The notes under the pieces were generated by a model that was given only the letters and a program-made list of their open reading frames with translations, searched no databases and was not told where the DNA came from. DNA of 31,826 nt from IMG/VR virus record IMGVR_UViG_3300033076_000865, positions 1-31,826 of that record. The stretch is one strand, 5' to 3'. The position numbers and the translations under genes are program-made. This document shows positions 16,401 through 23,630 of the stretch, piece by piece. The first letter of the stretch is position 1. Each line of letters begins with the position of its first letter. This stretch comes from a virus (Duplodnaviria > Caudoviricetes).

Positions 16401-19400
16401 ATCTTGGGGCCGAGGATGGCCGACCCGTAGACGCGGGTGTCCATGTTCTCGCCGCCGACATCCCAACCCTCCGCCTCCAGTTCTCGGCGGGTGGTCTCCT
16501 TGTTGAGGAACTCCCTTGTCCCTTCCTCACCAAGCACATCAAGGAGCTTGTTCAACTTCTTGAAGTTGGTGTTCATCGCGATCTGCTTGCCGGCCACGAC
16601 ATCGGTCGGAAAGCGGCCGGTTCTCTTGAAGTGCGCGTATACCTGCTCGGCCAAGCGCACATTCGACGGCACGGTCTCGTTCTGGCTGGTCACGGCCAAC
16701 GCAGCGATGAACCCGAAACGCTGGTGCGGGTCGCTCTGGATTTCGGGATGGAGAGCGCCCGCAACCGCCAGCGCCTCACGCACCTTCCTGGTGTACCAAT
16801 CGGCGGCGTTTCGGCCACTGCGCTGCATGGCGTCGGCCACCTCGCCGGCGATGACCTTGGCCAGCAACACGTCCGTGCGACCGCTCGGCCCTTCAAGACG
16901 ACCGCCTTCGACGCCCAGGTCACGCAGCGCCCGCGATCCCCGCTTCATCAGTTCTGCGGCAATATCCTCGACCGACCGCGAGCGCGGCTTTGCCTTGGGA
17001 TAGGCGGGGTCAAGGATGTCGACGACCGAGAGGTTGCGCTCCTCGGGCGTCAGGCTCTCGACAACCTGCCGAGGCGAGAACGCTGGGCCAGCCGGCCGCT
17101 CTACGCCCTGCCCGCCGGCTCGGCCTTCGCCAGCATTCGGCGCTGCTCGATCTTCTCCAAGAGGCTCGCCCCGGCTTCCAACTTGTCCGCGGCCTGGTGC
17201 GCCTGCTTGCTCTTGGTTGCTCGCAGCAACTTGGCCTTCGTTCGCAACCTCTCGACCCGGCTGAGTCTCAGCTTGTCGACCTGCTCCAGTGTCGAAGGGC
17301 GGCTCATTCTGCACCGTATCACGGTTGGAGATGTCGGAGAAACCCGCCATCAGGACGGCCTCGTCCTCTGGCGAAAGGGCGGTACGCTCGATCTCCAGGG
17401 CGGCCCGCTCCTGCCGCTCGACCCAGAGATCGGCCGCCCGTTCGAAGGCGTGCTCGGGATGCTCGCCCTGCAGGCGACGGTACAACTGGGCGATCTCGCC
17501 CATCTCGTCTTCCGGCAGGCCGTAGACCTCGGCGGCGAGGTGGATGAAATCGCCGACCTCCTGGCGCATGACGCTCTCCCGCGCCATGCCCTCGGCCATG
17601 TTCTGGTTGCGGGCCAGATTGCGATGCCGGCGGCCCATCTCCTCCTCCCAGACCCTCTCGCGCTCGGCCTTGAGGGTGTCGAGGAAGGAAGGGAGTTCGG
17701 CCGGCGCGGCCGGCGGCGCAGGTTCGGCGACCGGCTCGGGCGCGGCGGCGCGCGCGGTTTCACGGGGAACAGGTGCAGCGGCGGGCTCGGTCGGCGGCAG
17801 GTCGGACGCCATGACCGCCCGGCCGCGCTGCGGTTCCGGTGCCTTGGCGGGCGCTTCCGGCCGCTCCGGCTGGCCGGCGCGCAGCATCCCCGGCGACGGG
17901 CCGGTACCGACCGCGGCGGCGCGCGCCATGCGGACCTGCTCGGCGGCCAGCGCGTCGCGCACGCGGGCCATGTCGTCGGTGTCGCCGGTGGGGTTGCGGG
18001 CTTCCTCGAGGCGGGCACGGGCGGCAGCCAGGCGCTCGGCGGCGGCCTTGGTCAGACGCGCCTCGACGCCCCGCACCTTGCCGAGGATGGCGTCGATGTC
18101 CTGCTGGGCGGCGATCGCCTCGGGGTTGTCCGGCCGGCGGCGCTCCTGGTCGAGATCGTTCAGCCAACGGCGGTAGGTGGCGATCTTCCCGACCGACTCA
18201 GTGTAGGCGGCGCCGGGCGGCGGGCCGATGCGCTGCGGCCCCGACCCTCCCTCGGGCGCGGGCGGCGCGGACGATGCGGACGGTGGCGCCGCCGGACGTT
18301 CCGGCTGCACGAAGCCATCGGGCGCGACCGGCGGCGGCGGCTCGGTCGCCGGGGCGCGCAGATCCCGCAGCCCCCGTTCCCGCTGGGCGCGGTCGCGCAT
18401 GGTGCGCAGGGCCGCGTTCTCCCTCTCGGCCTGCGTCCCGAACCGCTGGGCGTACATCTTCGCCAGGGTGTCGTGGATCTCGTCCAGGTTGGTGACCCAG
18501 TGCCTGGACTCCAACGGCGGCTGGCCGTACTCGGCCATGTCCTCGGGCTTGAAGAAGAACTCCCGCAGGGTCCGGGCGGCCTGCTGGATACCGTCGAGCA
18601 GCTTCTTCACGACCTGGGCGGCAACGCTGTCGCCATACCGGGCCTGCAGGGCGTCGACCACCCTGGGCAGGAAGGTCTGGAACTTCGGGGCCTCGGCGCC
18701 GAGTTCCGCGCCCAACTCGGTGATGAGGTGCGTCGTGACGGCGTCGGCGTGCAGAGAATCGCCTTGGGCACCTTCGGGGAACAGGCTGCGATCCGGCGCG
18801 GTCTTGGCGAACATCGACCGGGCCGCCTCCCAGCCCTGCTCGGTGATGCCGGCCCGGACCTGCTGGTGCAGCAGGTCGCCAAGGTTGGTGCCATCGGGCA
18901 ACACCGTGGACTCCAGCAGGTGCGCGACCTCATGGGCGCCGACCTGTGCCGCGTTGCGGCTGGGCTTGCTGGATAGAAAGACGGTGTCCGGCTGGCGGGG
19001 GTCGACTGCACCATCGAAGGGGATGTTCGGCGCGTCCTCAAAGTAGACGACGCGGACGCCCATGCGCTCGTAGTGCGCCTTCTGGGCGGCGACGACGGCC
19101 GGCGGGACGGTGTCTGTGCCGGTCTTGCCGTCCCACACCTTGAGCGGGGCGGTCTCGCCGTCCGGGGTGGTGTAGTGGAAGCCGCCGTTGACGTCGCGCT
19201 CGACCACGCCCTGATTGAGGCCACCGAACAGTTGCAGGACCGCGGCCTGGTCCTGGTCGGCACGGTTGCCGAACTCCCGCGCCTGGGTTGCGATCTCGTT
19301 GATCTCGGGCCGGCTGATGGTTTCCCGAGCAGCCTGGATGGCGCTGTCGACGTCCGGGGCAGAACCGATCTCGGCGGCGGCGCGGGTGCGGGCGCGATCC

Positions 19401-20470
19401 TCGACCGACTGGGCTCGAGGCCGGGACTGCACGGCATCGACGCCGCGGTGAGCGGCGAACGCGGCCACGTCCAACGGCGCCTGCGACGCCCCGCCGACGG
19501 CGGCGGCGAACACCTGGCCGCCCTGGATGTCCTCTCCGATCACCGCTGCGCTGCCGGCCTCGCCCGCCGCCGCAATGGCGCCCTGCGCCGCGGCCTGCAC
19601 CGGGATGTTGACCGCCTGCTGGGCGACCGGGCGCGCGGCCAGGGAGGTCGGGGCAATGGTCTTGGCGCCGATCGCCATGCCGGCCGCGCCGGCCACGCCC
19701 TGCGGGATGGCCGACACCGCCGCCTCGCGCCGGATCTCGTCCGCCGTCTTGGGGTCGGACAGGGCCGCCATGACGGCCTGCTTGTCGTTGATGTCGATGC
19801 CGCGCTTGGCGAGGAGGTCCGTCACCTTGCCGGCATATGCCTGCATGTAGGACTGCCCGCCGGCTACCAGCGTGCCGCCGACCCCGCCGGTGGCGACGGC
19901 CGCGCCCAGGGCGGGCGCGCTGGCCGGCAGGCCCTCGGCCGCCATCGACAGCAGAACCTCGCCAGGCGCCTTCCAGAACGCCTTGACCGCCGGCACGAAA
20001 CCCTCGGCCGCCGCGTCCTTGAACGCCTTGTAGCCGGCGCTGATCGGCAGGGCGTCCGCCTTTTGCCGGTAGTCGATCGACGCGCCGACGTTCTCGCTGA
20101 ACTGCCGCTCTGTGTTCGCTTTGGCCTCGTCGTACTGGCGGACCTGCTGCTTCTCGAGCGGCGTCAGGTACTCGCCGCGGTCTGCCTTGGCCTTGGCGGC
20201 CTCGATCGCCGACAGGTTCCGGCCGGCGACGGCGGCGCCCAGCATTGAGGCGTCCGACCGCGTCTGTTGCAGGCCGCGCTCAAGGTCGTCCAGGATGCCG
20301 GCTTTGGCGGCCGGCTTCGGCGCCGGGGCCTCCTCCGCAGCGGCAGGCGGCGCGATCGACGCCGCGTACTGCTTCATCACCCGGTCGATGACCGAGATGT
20401 CGGTCCCGGCCGGGAACTCGTGGATGAGACCGTCGGCGGACTGAGCCCGGATCGGCTTCTCGTCCGCCAT
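10445..20470 (-). CDS. Giant (3341 aa) large polyvalent / DNA-ejection protein: HExxH zincin motif, HhH-glycosylase-like module, uncharacterised module, ART-PolyVal-like module, C-terminal LPD38-like region
   Basis: AHEVAH (18920-18934); WY...TSQ...GPKI...FFQNL...TMDLWFMR...LQAVWW; FYSAL...EVQSDWHQ...PDAPF; DGSPQVVYRG...FFS...ASSYA...YLSLKNP; NFWF...RVPMGFE...PVLDLRAN..TGAPI...SPVQLDYL. Last gene of the internal-protein block. Confidence 0.88.
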   Translation of the reverse strand: MADEKPIRAQSADGLIHEFPAGTDISVIDRVMKQYAASIAPPAAAEEAPAPKPAAKAGILDDLERGLQQTRSDASMLGAAVAGRNLSAIEAAKAKADRGEYLTPLEKQQVRQYDEAKANTERQFSENVGASIDYRQKADALPISAGYKAFKDAAAEGFVPAVKAFWKAPGEVLLSMAAEGLPASAPALGAAVATGGVGGTLVAGGQSYMQAYAGKVTDLLAKRGIDINDKQAVMAALSDPKTADEIRREAAVSAIPQGVAGAAGMAIGAKTIAPTSLAARPVAQQAVNIPVQAAAQGAIAAAGEAGSAAVIGEDIQGGQVFAAAVGGASQAPLDVAAFAAHRGVDAVQSRPRAQSVEDRARTRAAAEIGSAPDVDSAIQAARETISRPEINEIATQAREFGNRADQDQAAVLQLFGGLNQGVVERDVNGGFHYTTPDGETAPLKVWDGKTGTDTVPPAVVAAQKAHYERMGVRVVYFEDAPNIPFDGAVDPRQPDTVFLSSKPSRNAAQVGAHEVAHLLESTVLPDGTNLGDLLHQQVRAGITEQGWEAARSMFAKTAPDRSLFPEGAQGDSLHADAVTTHLITELGAELGAEAPKFQTFLPRVVDALQARYGDSVAAQVVKKLLDGIQQAARTLREFFFKPEDMAEYGQPPLESRHWVTNLDEIHDTLAKMYAQRFGTQAERENAALRTMRDRAQRERGLRDLRAPATEPPPPVAPDGFVQPERPAAPPSASSAPPAPEGGSGPQRIGPPPGAAYTESVGKIATYRRWLNDLDQERRRPDNPEAIAAQQDIDAILGKVRGVEARLTKAAAERLAAARARLEEARNPTGDTDDMARVRDALAAEQVRMARAAAVGTGPSPGMLRAGQPERPEAPAKAPEPQRGRAVMASDLPPTEPAAAPVPRETARAAAPEPVAEPAPPAAPAELPSFLDTLKAERERVWEEEMGRRHRNLARNQNMAEGMARESVMRQEVGDFIHLAAEVYGLPEDEMGEIAQLYRRLQGEHPEHAFERAADLWVERQERAALEIERTALSPEDEAVLMAGFSDISNRDTVQNEPPFDTGAGRQAETQPGREVANEGQVAASNQEQAGAPGRGQVGSRGEPLGEDRAAPNAGEGRAGGQGVERPAGPAFSPRQVVESLTPEERNLSVVDILDPAYPKAKPRSRSVEDIAAELMKRGSRALRDLGVEGGRLEGPSGRTDVLLAKVIAGEVADAMQRSGRNAADWYTRKVREALAVAGALHPEIQSDPHQRFGFIAALAVTSQNETVPSNVRLAEQVYAHFKRTGRFPTDVVAGKQIAMNTNFKKLNKLLDVLGEEGTREFLNKETTRRELEAEGWDVGGENMDTRVYGSAILGPKIGQGFFQNLNGNFNPVTMDLWFMRAWGRLTGTLVGLTDISKQRERFETELKAAGQPAPKSIQALEAMADRIVSQHESDFRKYRKEYDSGERIKSDLTKSAERLQAALRGINETPTSGGQREWMRAVVNRARRLLAFDGIRLSNADLQAVWWYPEKDLYAKLGGPDSDAINVSYSEALRELAAKKGVPDVDIERAIRSLDQRPGPGEPAADDGRADRGGGAEDGRPVEGARLAADDRDAQGVSAPVEEARRTGRLEVTGGAVFSPRQTDRPLLDAPEASREELDARQRRVDKEVAEAKMRGRQVARRPQEGAGDLPLFGGPRQQDMFGEEEPAAPKPRQGSLFSPRQDDRIPAPPFYSALTRAVENAKITKGTPGQWEATIRNMPGVKPEEREWVGLDDWLRKQPKSVTKEEVVAYLRANEIQVREVMRGGDVPAAAVDALERWVEDQPKDGPRGWENTGSTNIDFQALRNGDRDAIASLEAMGAPDKLMKPVYDAINGGATKYQQYTLPGGKNYRELLLTLPAKGAATPLPEGVRFKRDPDAGPDGEMAWTVYDRHGVPLMEEINGRTEAEARENATRFYQHYNDENGVPVTNGVDYRGSHWDEPNVLAHVRFDDRTGPNGERILHVAEVQSDWHQAGRKKGYAGDAESKEIARRLGELGDEYRAGERALDEGIADPAEDRRLRRRMDEIVDQMNVLHDRNREKTEGVPDAPFKTTWPELAMKRVIRYAAENGYDRVSWDTGETNADRYDLSKVVSKVTLSPDPSGQFRVEAFDKDSRKVIEHFAKDEAEVAGVVGKEVAEKLFASRNRYGAAEVVGNDLKVGGEGMRAFYDKQLPIIANKLGKKFGAKVEAGSIDSAPQYDVDLVGDAWRVQEGDKLVGPHFDSEDEALDWIKRQKESQSAPVHSLPITDAMRESVMQGQALFSPRAPQDPAFADWFNGSKATTQDGSPQVVYRGGGRGGPKTDAPQGMKFFSDSSDLASSYASRTRGGKNVQPAYLSLKNPLEVTGRSWFALEAPEDITYWSSRYRQEVTVRKGDEIEINDLARWAKANGYDSLIARDIPDAARERDAEVQQTTYVTFDDAQARSAVTGGPLFSPRLIGTAGYSDEQRQAAERVRGVEGRALEERIAEIRQDFGRKALREVFDPFVGVKDRDPKNWVGLRIANSSTGAVDMFSQYGRLTFNGRSYDIDTSVHADGFDGGPVGLIRDLGRDAMRFMDWVAANRAERLKAEDRENLYSPEDIRTLKTLNRGRLDAEYTLRDGSTTTNREAAFADALARLDAFNKNALDIAVSGGLIKRGVADALWANPYYVPFFRQAEDDNSRKFAGGGTVPGMTGQTFGKKLKGGTERLNTNLWENAFGNWAHLIDASIRNKAANETLTQGVADGIVTKVTEQDYNHRLTKAEKADVVWTMVDGEKQYWRVDDPFTLKAVAALDYVKSSTPGMEIARTAKKVLQVGVAASPWFQVRNLIRDTETVIAVSPISMNVFKNLSDGFRQMDLTNTLENVGRAVRGKDLQQAEIGLETARAIAGGATMRFAAGVDQSFHGAENYLDTPDKIRKFWRYFARNGQALSEAMANTENVNRLALYKQLREKNVPHDLAAFEARDLSDFTMTGASPIIRHVVETVPYMNAWLQGLYKVGRAAADADKNVYAAVGGRVGIQIATKLAVVMIGMTAANLALDAFYADDPDYQARTEDDRNSNFWFKVGGREFRVPMGFEVAALSRMAAIWVETLYDKNVTAGRAWKNTMQILGTQMSLNPIPQAVKPVLDLRANETRTGAPIETAGMERLRPEFRSGPETTLISKGVSEATNKMARVLFGQNARSLSPVQLDYLVQAYSGWLGTTALQIADEAVRAVSKEPVKADKDWLARWTGGMATNDRSSERANTRYTNLLYQQGDAIQEAYATLIDLGKRGRTAEAKEYLESNRDLVTKYPLYSKAIRTEGEINQQIRRITDDQNLTGEQKRVKIMQLQALKNRIAQQVVAP

Positions 20471-21318
20471 CAGCGGCCTCCCATATTGATGATGCCCGTG
20501 GCCGTTCCCGTGGGCACCCCTGCGGGCGCTGGCTTCTCGTCCTCGATCCGGTTGCCTTGCGCGTCATACCGGATGGTGCCCGTGGTCTGGATGCCGGACT
20601 TCAGGCCCAACTGCTCGGACAGATCCCGCATGCGGCCGCGCAAAGCGTCGAGCTTCGGCTCGAACTTGCTCTGGACCGCCTTGACCTCGGCCGCCGCTTC
20701 CTTCAGCGCCTTCTGTTTCTCCGGGTCCACCGCTGCAAGTTGGTCTTTCGCGAGGGTTTGGTACACTTGGGTCGCCTGGCGTAGTTCCAGTTCGTACTGC
20801 CGCGCCAGAGACGTCATGTCGTCGTGCGTGACCTGCAGCAGCTTGTTGGTCGCCAACGTCTTCTCGGGGTCCTTGAAAATCCGCGGCTTCCCGTCGTCGC
20901 CGACGATCGGCTCGGCCTTGCCCGAGCGCAGGTCCACCCGGTAACCGACGCCATCCTGACCAAGCTCGAACTTGCCCTGCGCCGCTTGAGCATCCAACTG
21001 CATCTGAATGCCCTTGAGGTGCGCCGCCGCCGTCGCCGCGGCCGAGCCGGCGCTGATCCGGTGGCCCTCAAGTTGTGCTGCCCGGTTGGCCTCGCCTTCC
21101 TTGGCCAGGAAGCCTTCATGCCGCTGGTTCTCGGCGGTCTGCAGCGCAGCCGCTTCCTGTCGCCCCGCGCTCTCTCGCTGCATGGCGAGGTCGTTGGCGA
21201 TCTTCAGCTTCTCGGTCTCCAGGCTCGACTTCTGCGCCTCGAGCGCCGCCAGGCCGGTAAACTGCGAGGTCGCCTGCCCCATCTGGGACAGGCCGGCACC
21301 GATGTTGAACGCCATCAC
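20470..21318 (-). CDS. Internal virion / ejection protein
   Basis: Helical, A/Q/E/K-rich, Gly-rich N-terminus; TGATG-coupled to the giant gene. Confidence 0.7.
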   Translation of the reverse strand: MMAFNIGAGLSQMGQATSQFTGLAALEAQKSSLETEKLKIANDLAMQRESAGRQEAAALQTAENQRHEGFLAKEGEANRAAQLEGHRISAGSAAATAAAHLKGIQMQLDAQAAQGKFELGQDGVGYRVDLRSGKAEPIVGDDGKPRIFKDPEKTLATNKLLQVTHDDMTSLARQYELELRQATQVYQTLAKDQLAAVDPEKQKALKEAAAEVKAVQSKFEPKLDALRGRMRDLSEQLGLKSGIQTTGTIRYDAQGNRIEDEKPAPAGVPTGTATGIINMGGR

Positions 21319-21842
21319 TGCCCTCCCTGCTGGCCGCCGGCCGCCTCGAGTTGCTGTCGGATCTGCGGGCCCATCGACGGATCTTCCATCACCCGGCCGG
21401 CCGCCCCGCCCATCTTGTTCAGCATGGCGGTCGAGATGCCGAACGCCTGGAAGATGGCGTTGGCGAAGATGTGGGTGGCGCGGTCAAGTTCGGCGTTGCC
21501 CACCTTCAGGATGCCGGCCTGCTCGGCGAAGTCGAGCGCCTGAAGCATCAGGGTAAAGGCGCCGGGGATCATCGCCCGCTCAGGCATGGTGCCCTGCGAG
21601 ATGCCGCGCAGGTGCAGCACCAGGCTGACGGCACCGACGGCGCACGCCTTGACCGGGTCGGGATTGTTGGCGAGGCCGCCGATGATGCTCTGAGGGCCGC
21701 CGGCCAGGGCGGCCTTCATGCCCGCGACGACCACCTTCATGTAGTCCTCGCGCGCCGGCCCGTTGCCGATCTTGGCTTCCATATTCGCCTCGGCCTGCCG
21801 AAGCAGGTCGTTCTTCATGGCGGGCGGGTTGATCAGAGCCAT
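21315..21842 (-). CDS. Internal virion-associated protein
   Basis: 175 aa helical, GAAAAG/GGGA purine run upstream, within the ejection-gene block. Confidence 0.7.
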   Translation of the reverse strand: MALINPPAMKNDLLRQAEANMEAKIGNGPAREDYMKVVVAGMKAALAGGPQSIIGGLANNPDPVKACAVGAVSLVLHLRGISQGTMPERAMIPGAFTLMLQALDFAEQAGILKVGNAELDRATHIFANAIFQAFGISTAMLNKMGGAAGRVMEDPSMGPQIRQQLEAAGGQQGGQ

Positions 21843-21877
21843 GGCGCTTTTCCCTTCCCGGACGTAGGATATACCGC

Positions 21878-22270
21878 ATGCACCGACTTCTTGCCGTGCT
21901 GCTGTGCATCATTGCTGTGGATGCCGAGGCGGCCGACCACCGGCTGCGGGGCTTCTGGAACATCGAAGCCCCCAGCGATCCAGGCTTCTCCGGCCAGATC
22001 ACCATCGACGCAGAAGGTCGTGCCGCCTTTCGGGGATCCTCGGTCACACTCGGCAAATCCGCTCAGTCCCGCGGATACGTCTCCCTGCTGATAGACACGA
22101 AGGCCGAGATCACGCTGACCGACGGCAAGGTAGCCGCTCGCGTGCGCTGCGAGATCCAGTCCCCGAACGTCATGAACTGCGACGACGTAGGGGCAGAGGG
22201 CCGTGTCTCGCCCCTCTACACCCTGCGCCGGGTGGGCCCAGGGCCTTCCAGCCTGCTGGCTTCGCAGTAG
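21878..22270 (+). CDS. Counter-oriented moron; predicted exported small beta protein
   Basis: Signal-peptide-like MHRLLAVLLCIIAVDAEA, Cys pair; TGGCGC-17nt-TAGGAT-7nt-ATG; fills the gap between two - strand genes. Confidence 0.75.
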   Translation: MHRLLAVLLCIIAVDAEAADHRLRGFWNIEAPSDPGFSGQITIDAEGRAAFRGSSVTLGKSAQSRGYVSLLIDTKAEITLTDGKVAARVRCEIQSPNVMNCDDVGAEGRVSPLYTLRRVGPGPSSLLASQ

Positions 22271-22272
22271 CA

Positions 22273-23268
22273 TCACGCCGCCCTCGGGGCGGTGTTGATG
22301 AGCGCTGTGCGCGGCAGCGGCGTGCGCGTGGCCGACGGGATCGGCTGCTGCATGTTGGCGGTCTGCATCTGCAGCAACTGGTTCTGGCTGTTGATGAGGC
22401 CGGTCTGGGCCGTCGACTGTCCGGCCTGCGCCTGCAGCGCCGAAGTCTCGGCCGGGGTCTTGGGGTTGAAGGCGCCGGACAGGAACGAGGACATGGCCGA
22501 AACGCCGCCGAGCGCCAGCGCAGGATGCTTTTCGATCCAGTCCGAGATCGTCTTCCAGGTGTCGCTCGGGCTGTCCGGCATCAGAGTCTTGGGCTGCACC
22601 TCGCCAGCCTTGATGCCAACAGTCGCCGTGGCCGCGTCCTGTCCGAGCGTCGCCTTGTAAGGGCCCGCCGTTGTCTCGTTGATGAGGCCGCCGCCCGGCG
22701 CCGCTGGGGTGTCTGGGGTGGCGCCCACACCGGCCATGACGTTGCTCGGCGCCGCCGGATTGCCGCCCACGCCCAGCGGGCCTCCCTCTCCGCCGCCCTG
22801 CGGGATGACCTGCCCCGTCATCTGGTTGACCGGCAGGGTGTCGGCCGGGGCCGGCAGGCCGGTGATGGAGGAGGTCACGTCCTGGGTCAGGCCCTGCCCG
22901 CTGATGAGGTCGCCGACGTTGGCGTACTGCGATTCGCCATTTGTCGCCGCAACCTGCGCGCCCATTTCCGACGCGCCGCCGGTGCCGGCCTCGGACCCGC
23001 CGAACAAGCTCTCTCCCCCGAACAGGCCGCCGTCTCCGAAGGCGCCCATCGAACCGGCCAAGCCGCCGATCGCGCCGACCGCGCCCAGCGCGCCGCCAGC
23101 AATCTGCAGGCCCTTGTTCCCGGTCAGGCTGCCGACCGCGCCCATGGTCGCGCCGACCGCGCCGGCAATGGCGAACATCGAGGTCGCCGTTAGGCCGACA
23201 GCCGCAACCGAGGCGCCCGCGATGCCGATCGAAGCGACCGCGGGGATTACTGCAAGGGCAGCCGGCAT
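22273..23268 (-). CDS. Internal virion / pilot (ejection) protein
   Basis: Hydrophobic Gly/Ala-rich N-terminus (MPAALAVIP...), Q-rich C-terminus; GGAGAAGG SD before ATG 23268. Confidence 0.75.
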   Translation of the reverse strand: MPAALAVIPAVASIGIAGASVAAVGLTATSMFAIAGAVGATMGAVGSLTGNKGLQIAGGALGAVGAIGGLAGSMGAFGDGGLFGGESLFGGSEAGTGGASEMGAQVAATNGESQYANVGDLISGQGLTQDVTSSITGLPAPADTLPVNQMTGQVIPQGGGEGGPLGVGGNPAAPSNVMAGVGATPDTPAAPGGGLINETTAGPYKATLGQDAATATVGIKAGEVQPKTLMPDSPSDTWKTISDWIEKHPALALGGVSAMSSFLSGAFNPKTPAETSALQAQAGQSTAQTGLINSQNQLLQMQTANMQQPIPSATRTPLPRTALINTAPRAA

Positions 23269-23630
23269 TGGGCCTTCTCCATGCGATAGTGGATGTCGTG
23301 GGGGCCGCCGCCGACGGCGCGGAAGCCGATGGCCTCGTTGAACCGCTGCTGCCGGCGGGCGTGCCGCGGCGTGCGGGTCTCGACGTAGCCGAACCGATCG
23401 AGTTGCGGCCGCAGGGCGGCGGCCACGGTGCGCCGGCCGATCGGGACGCCGTCGAAGGTGGCGAAGTGGAGCTCGGCCCCGCGCCGCAGCACGGCGCCAT
23501 AGACGCGGCCATCCCGCCAGTGCGGCTCGACCTCCCACGTCCTGAGTTCCGCCATGACGATCTCGCGCGGCAGGAACAGCGTCTCCAGCGCGGCGTCGGC
23601 GATGCGGTCGAGGATCTCCTGCCCGGTCAT
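23247..23630 (-). CDS. GNAT-fold-like small protein (positional analogue of T7 gp13)
   Basis: ELHFA...TRTP...RFNEAIGF resembles the GNAT C-terminal motif; sits among ejection genes. Confidence 0.6.
   Translation of the reverse strand: MTGQEILDRIADAALETLFLPREIVMAELRTWEVEPHWRDGRVYGAVLRRGAELHFATFDGVPIGRRTVAAALRPQLDRFGYVETRTPRHARRQQRFNEAIGFRAVGGGPHDIHYRMEKAQCRLPLQ

Noticed and set aside
11768-18976. 2402-aa + strand ORF
   Set aside because: Codon-aligned antisense shadow of the giant gene; composition (V/G/L/D/H-rich, no motifs) is typical of GC-rich antisense frames; no start signals or coupling.
23269-23538. Upstream extensions in the ORF track for several late genes (e.g. starts at 23538, 24808, 26349, 29727, 5224, 8512)
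   Set aside because: They overlap the upstream genes out of frame; internal coupled or SD-bearing starts fit better.
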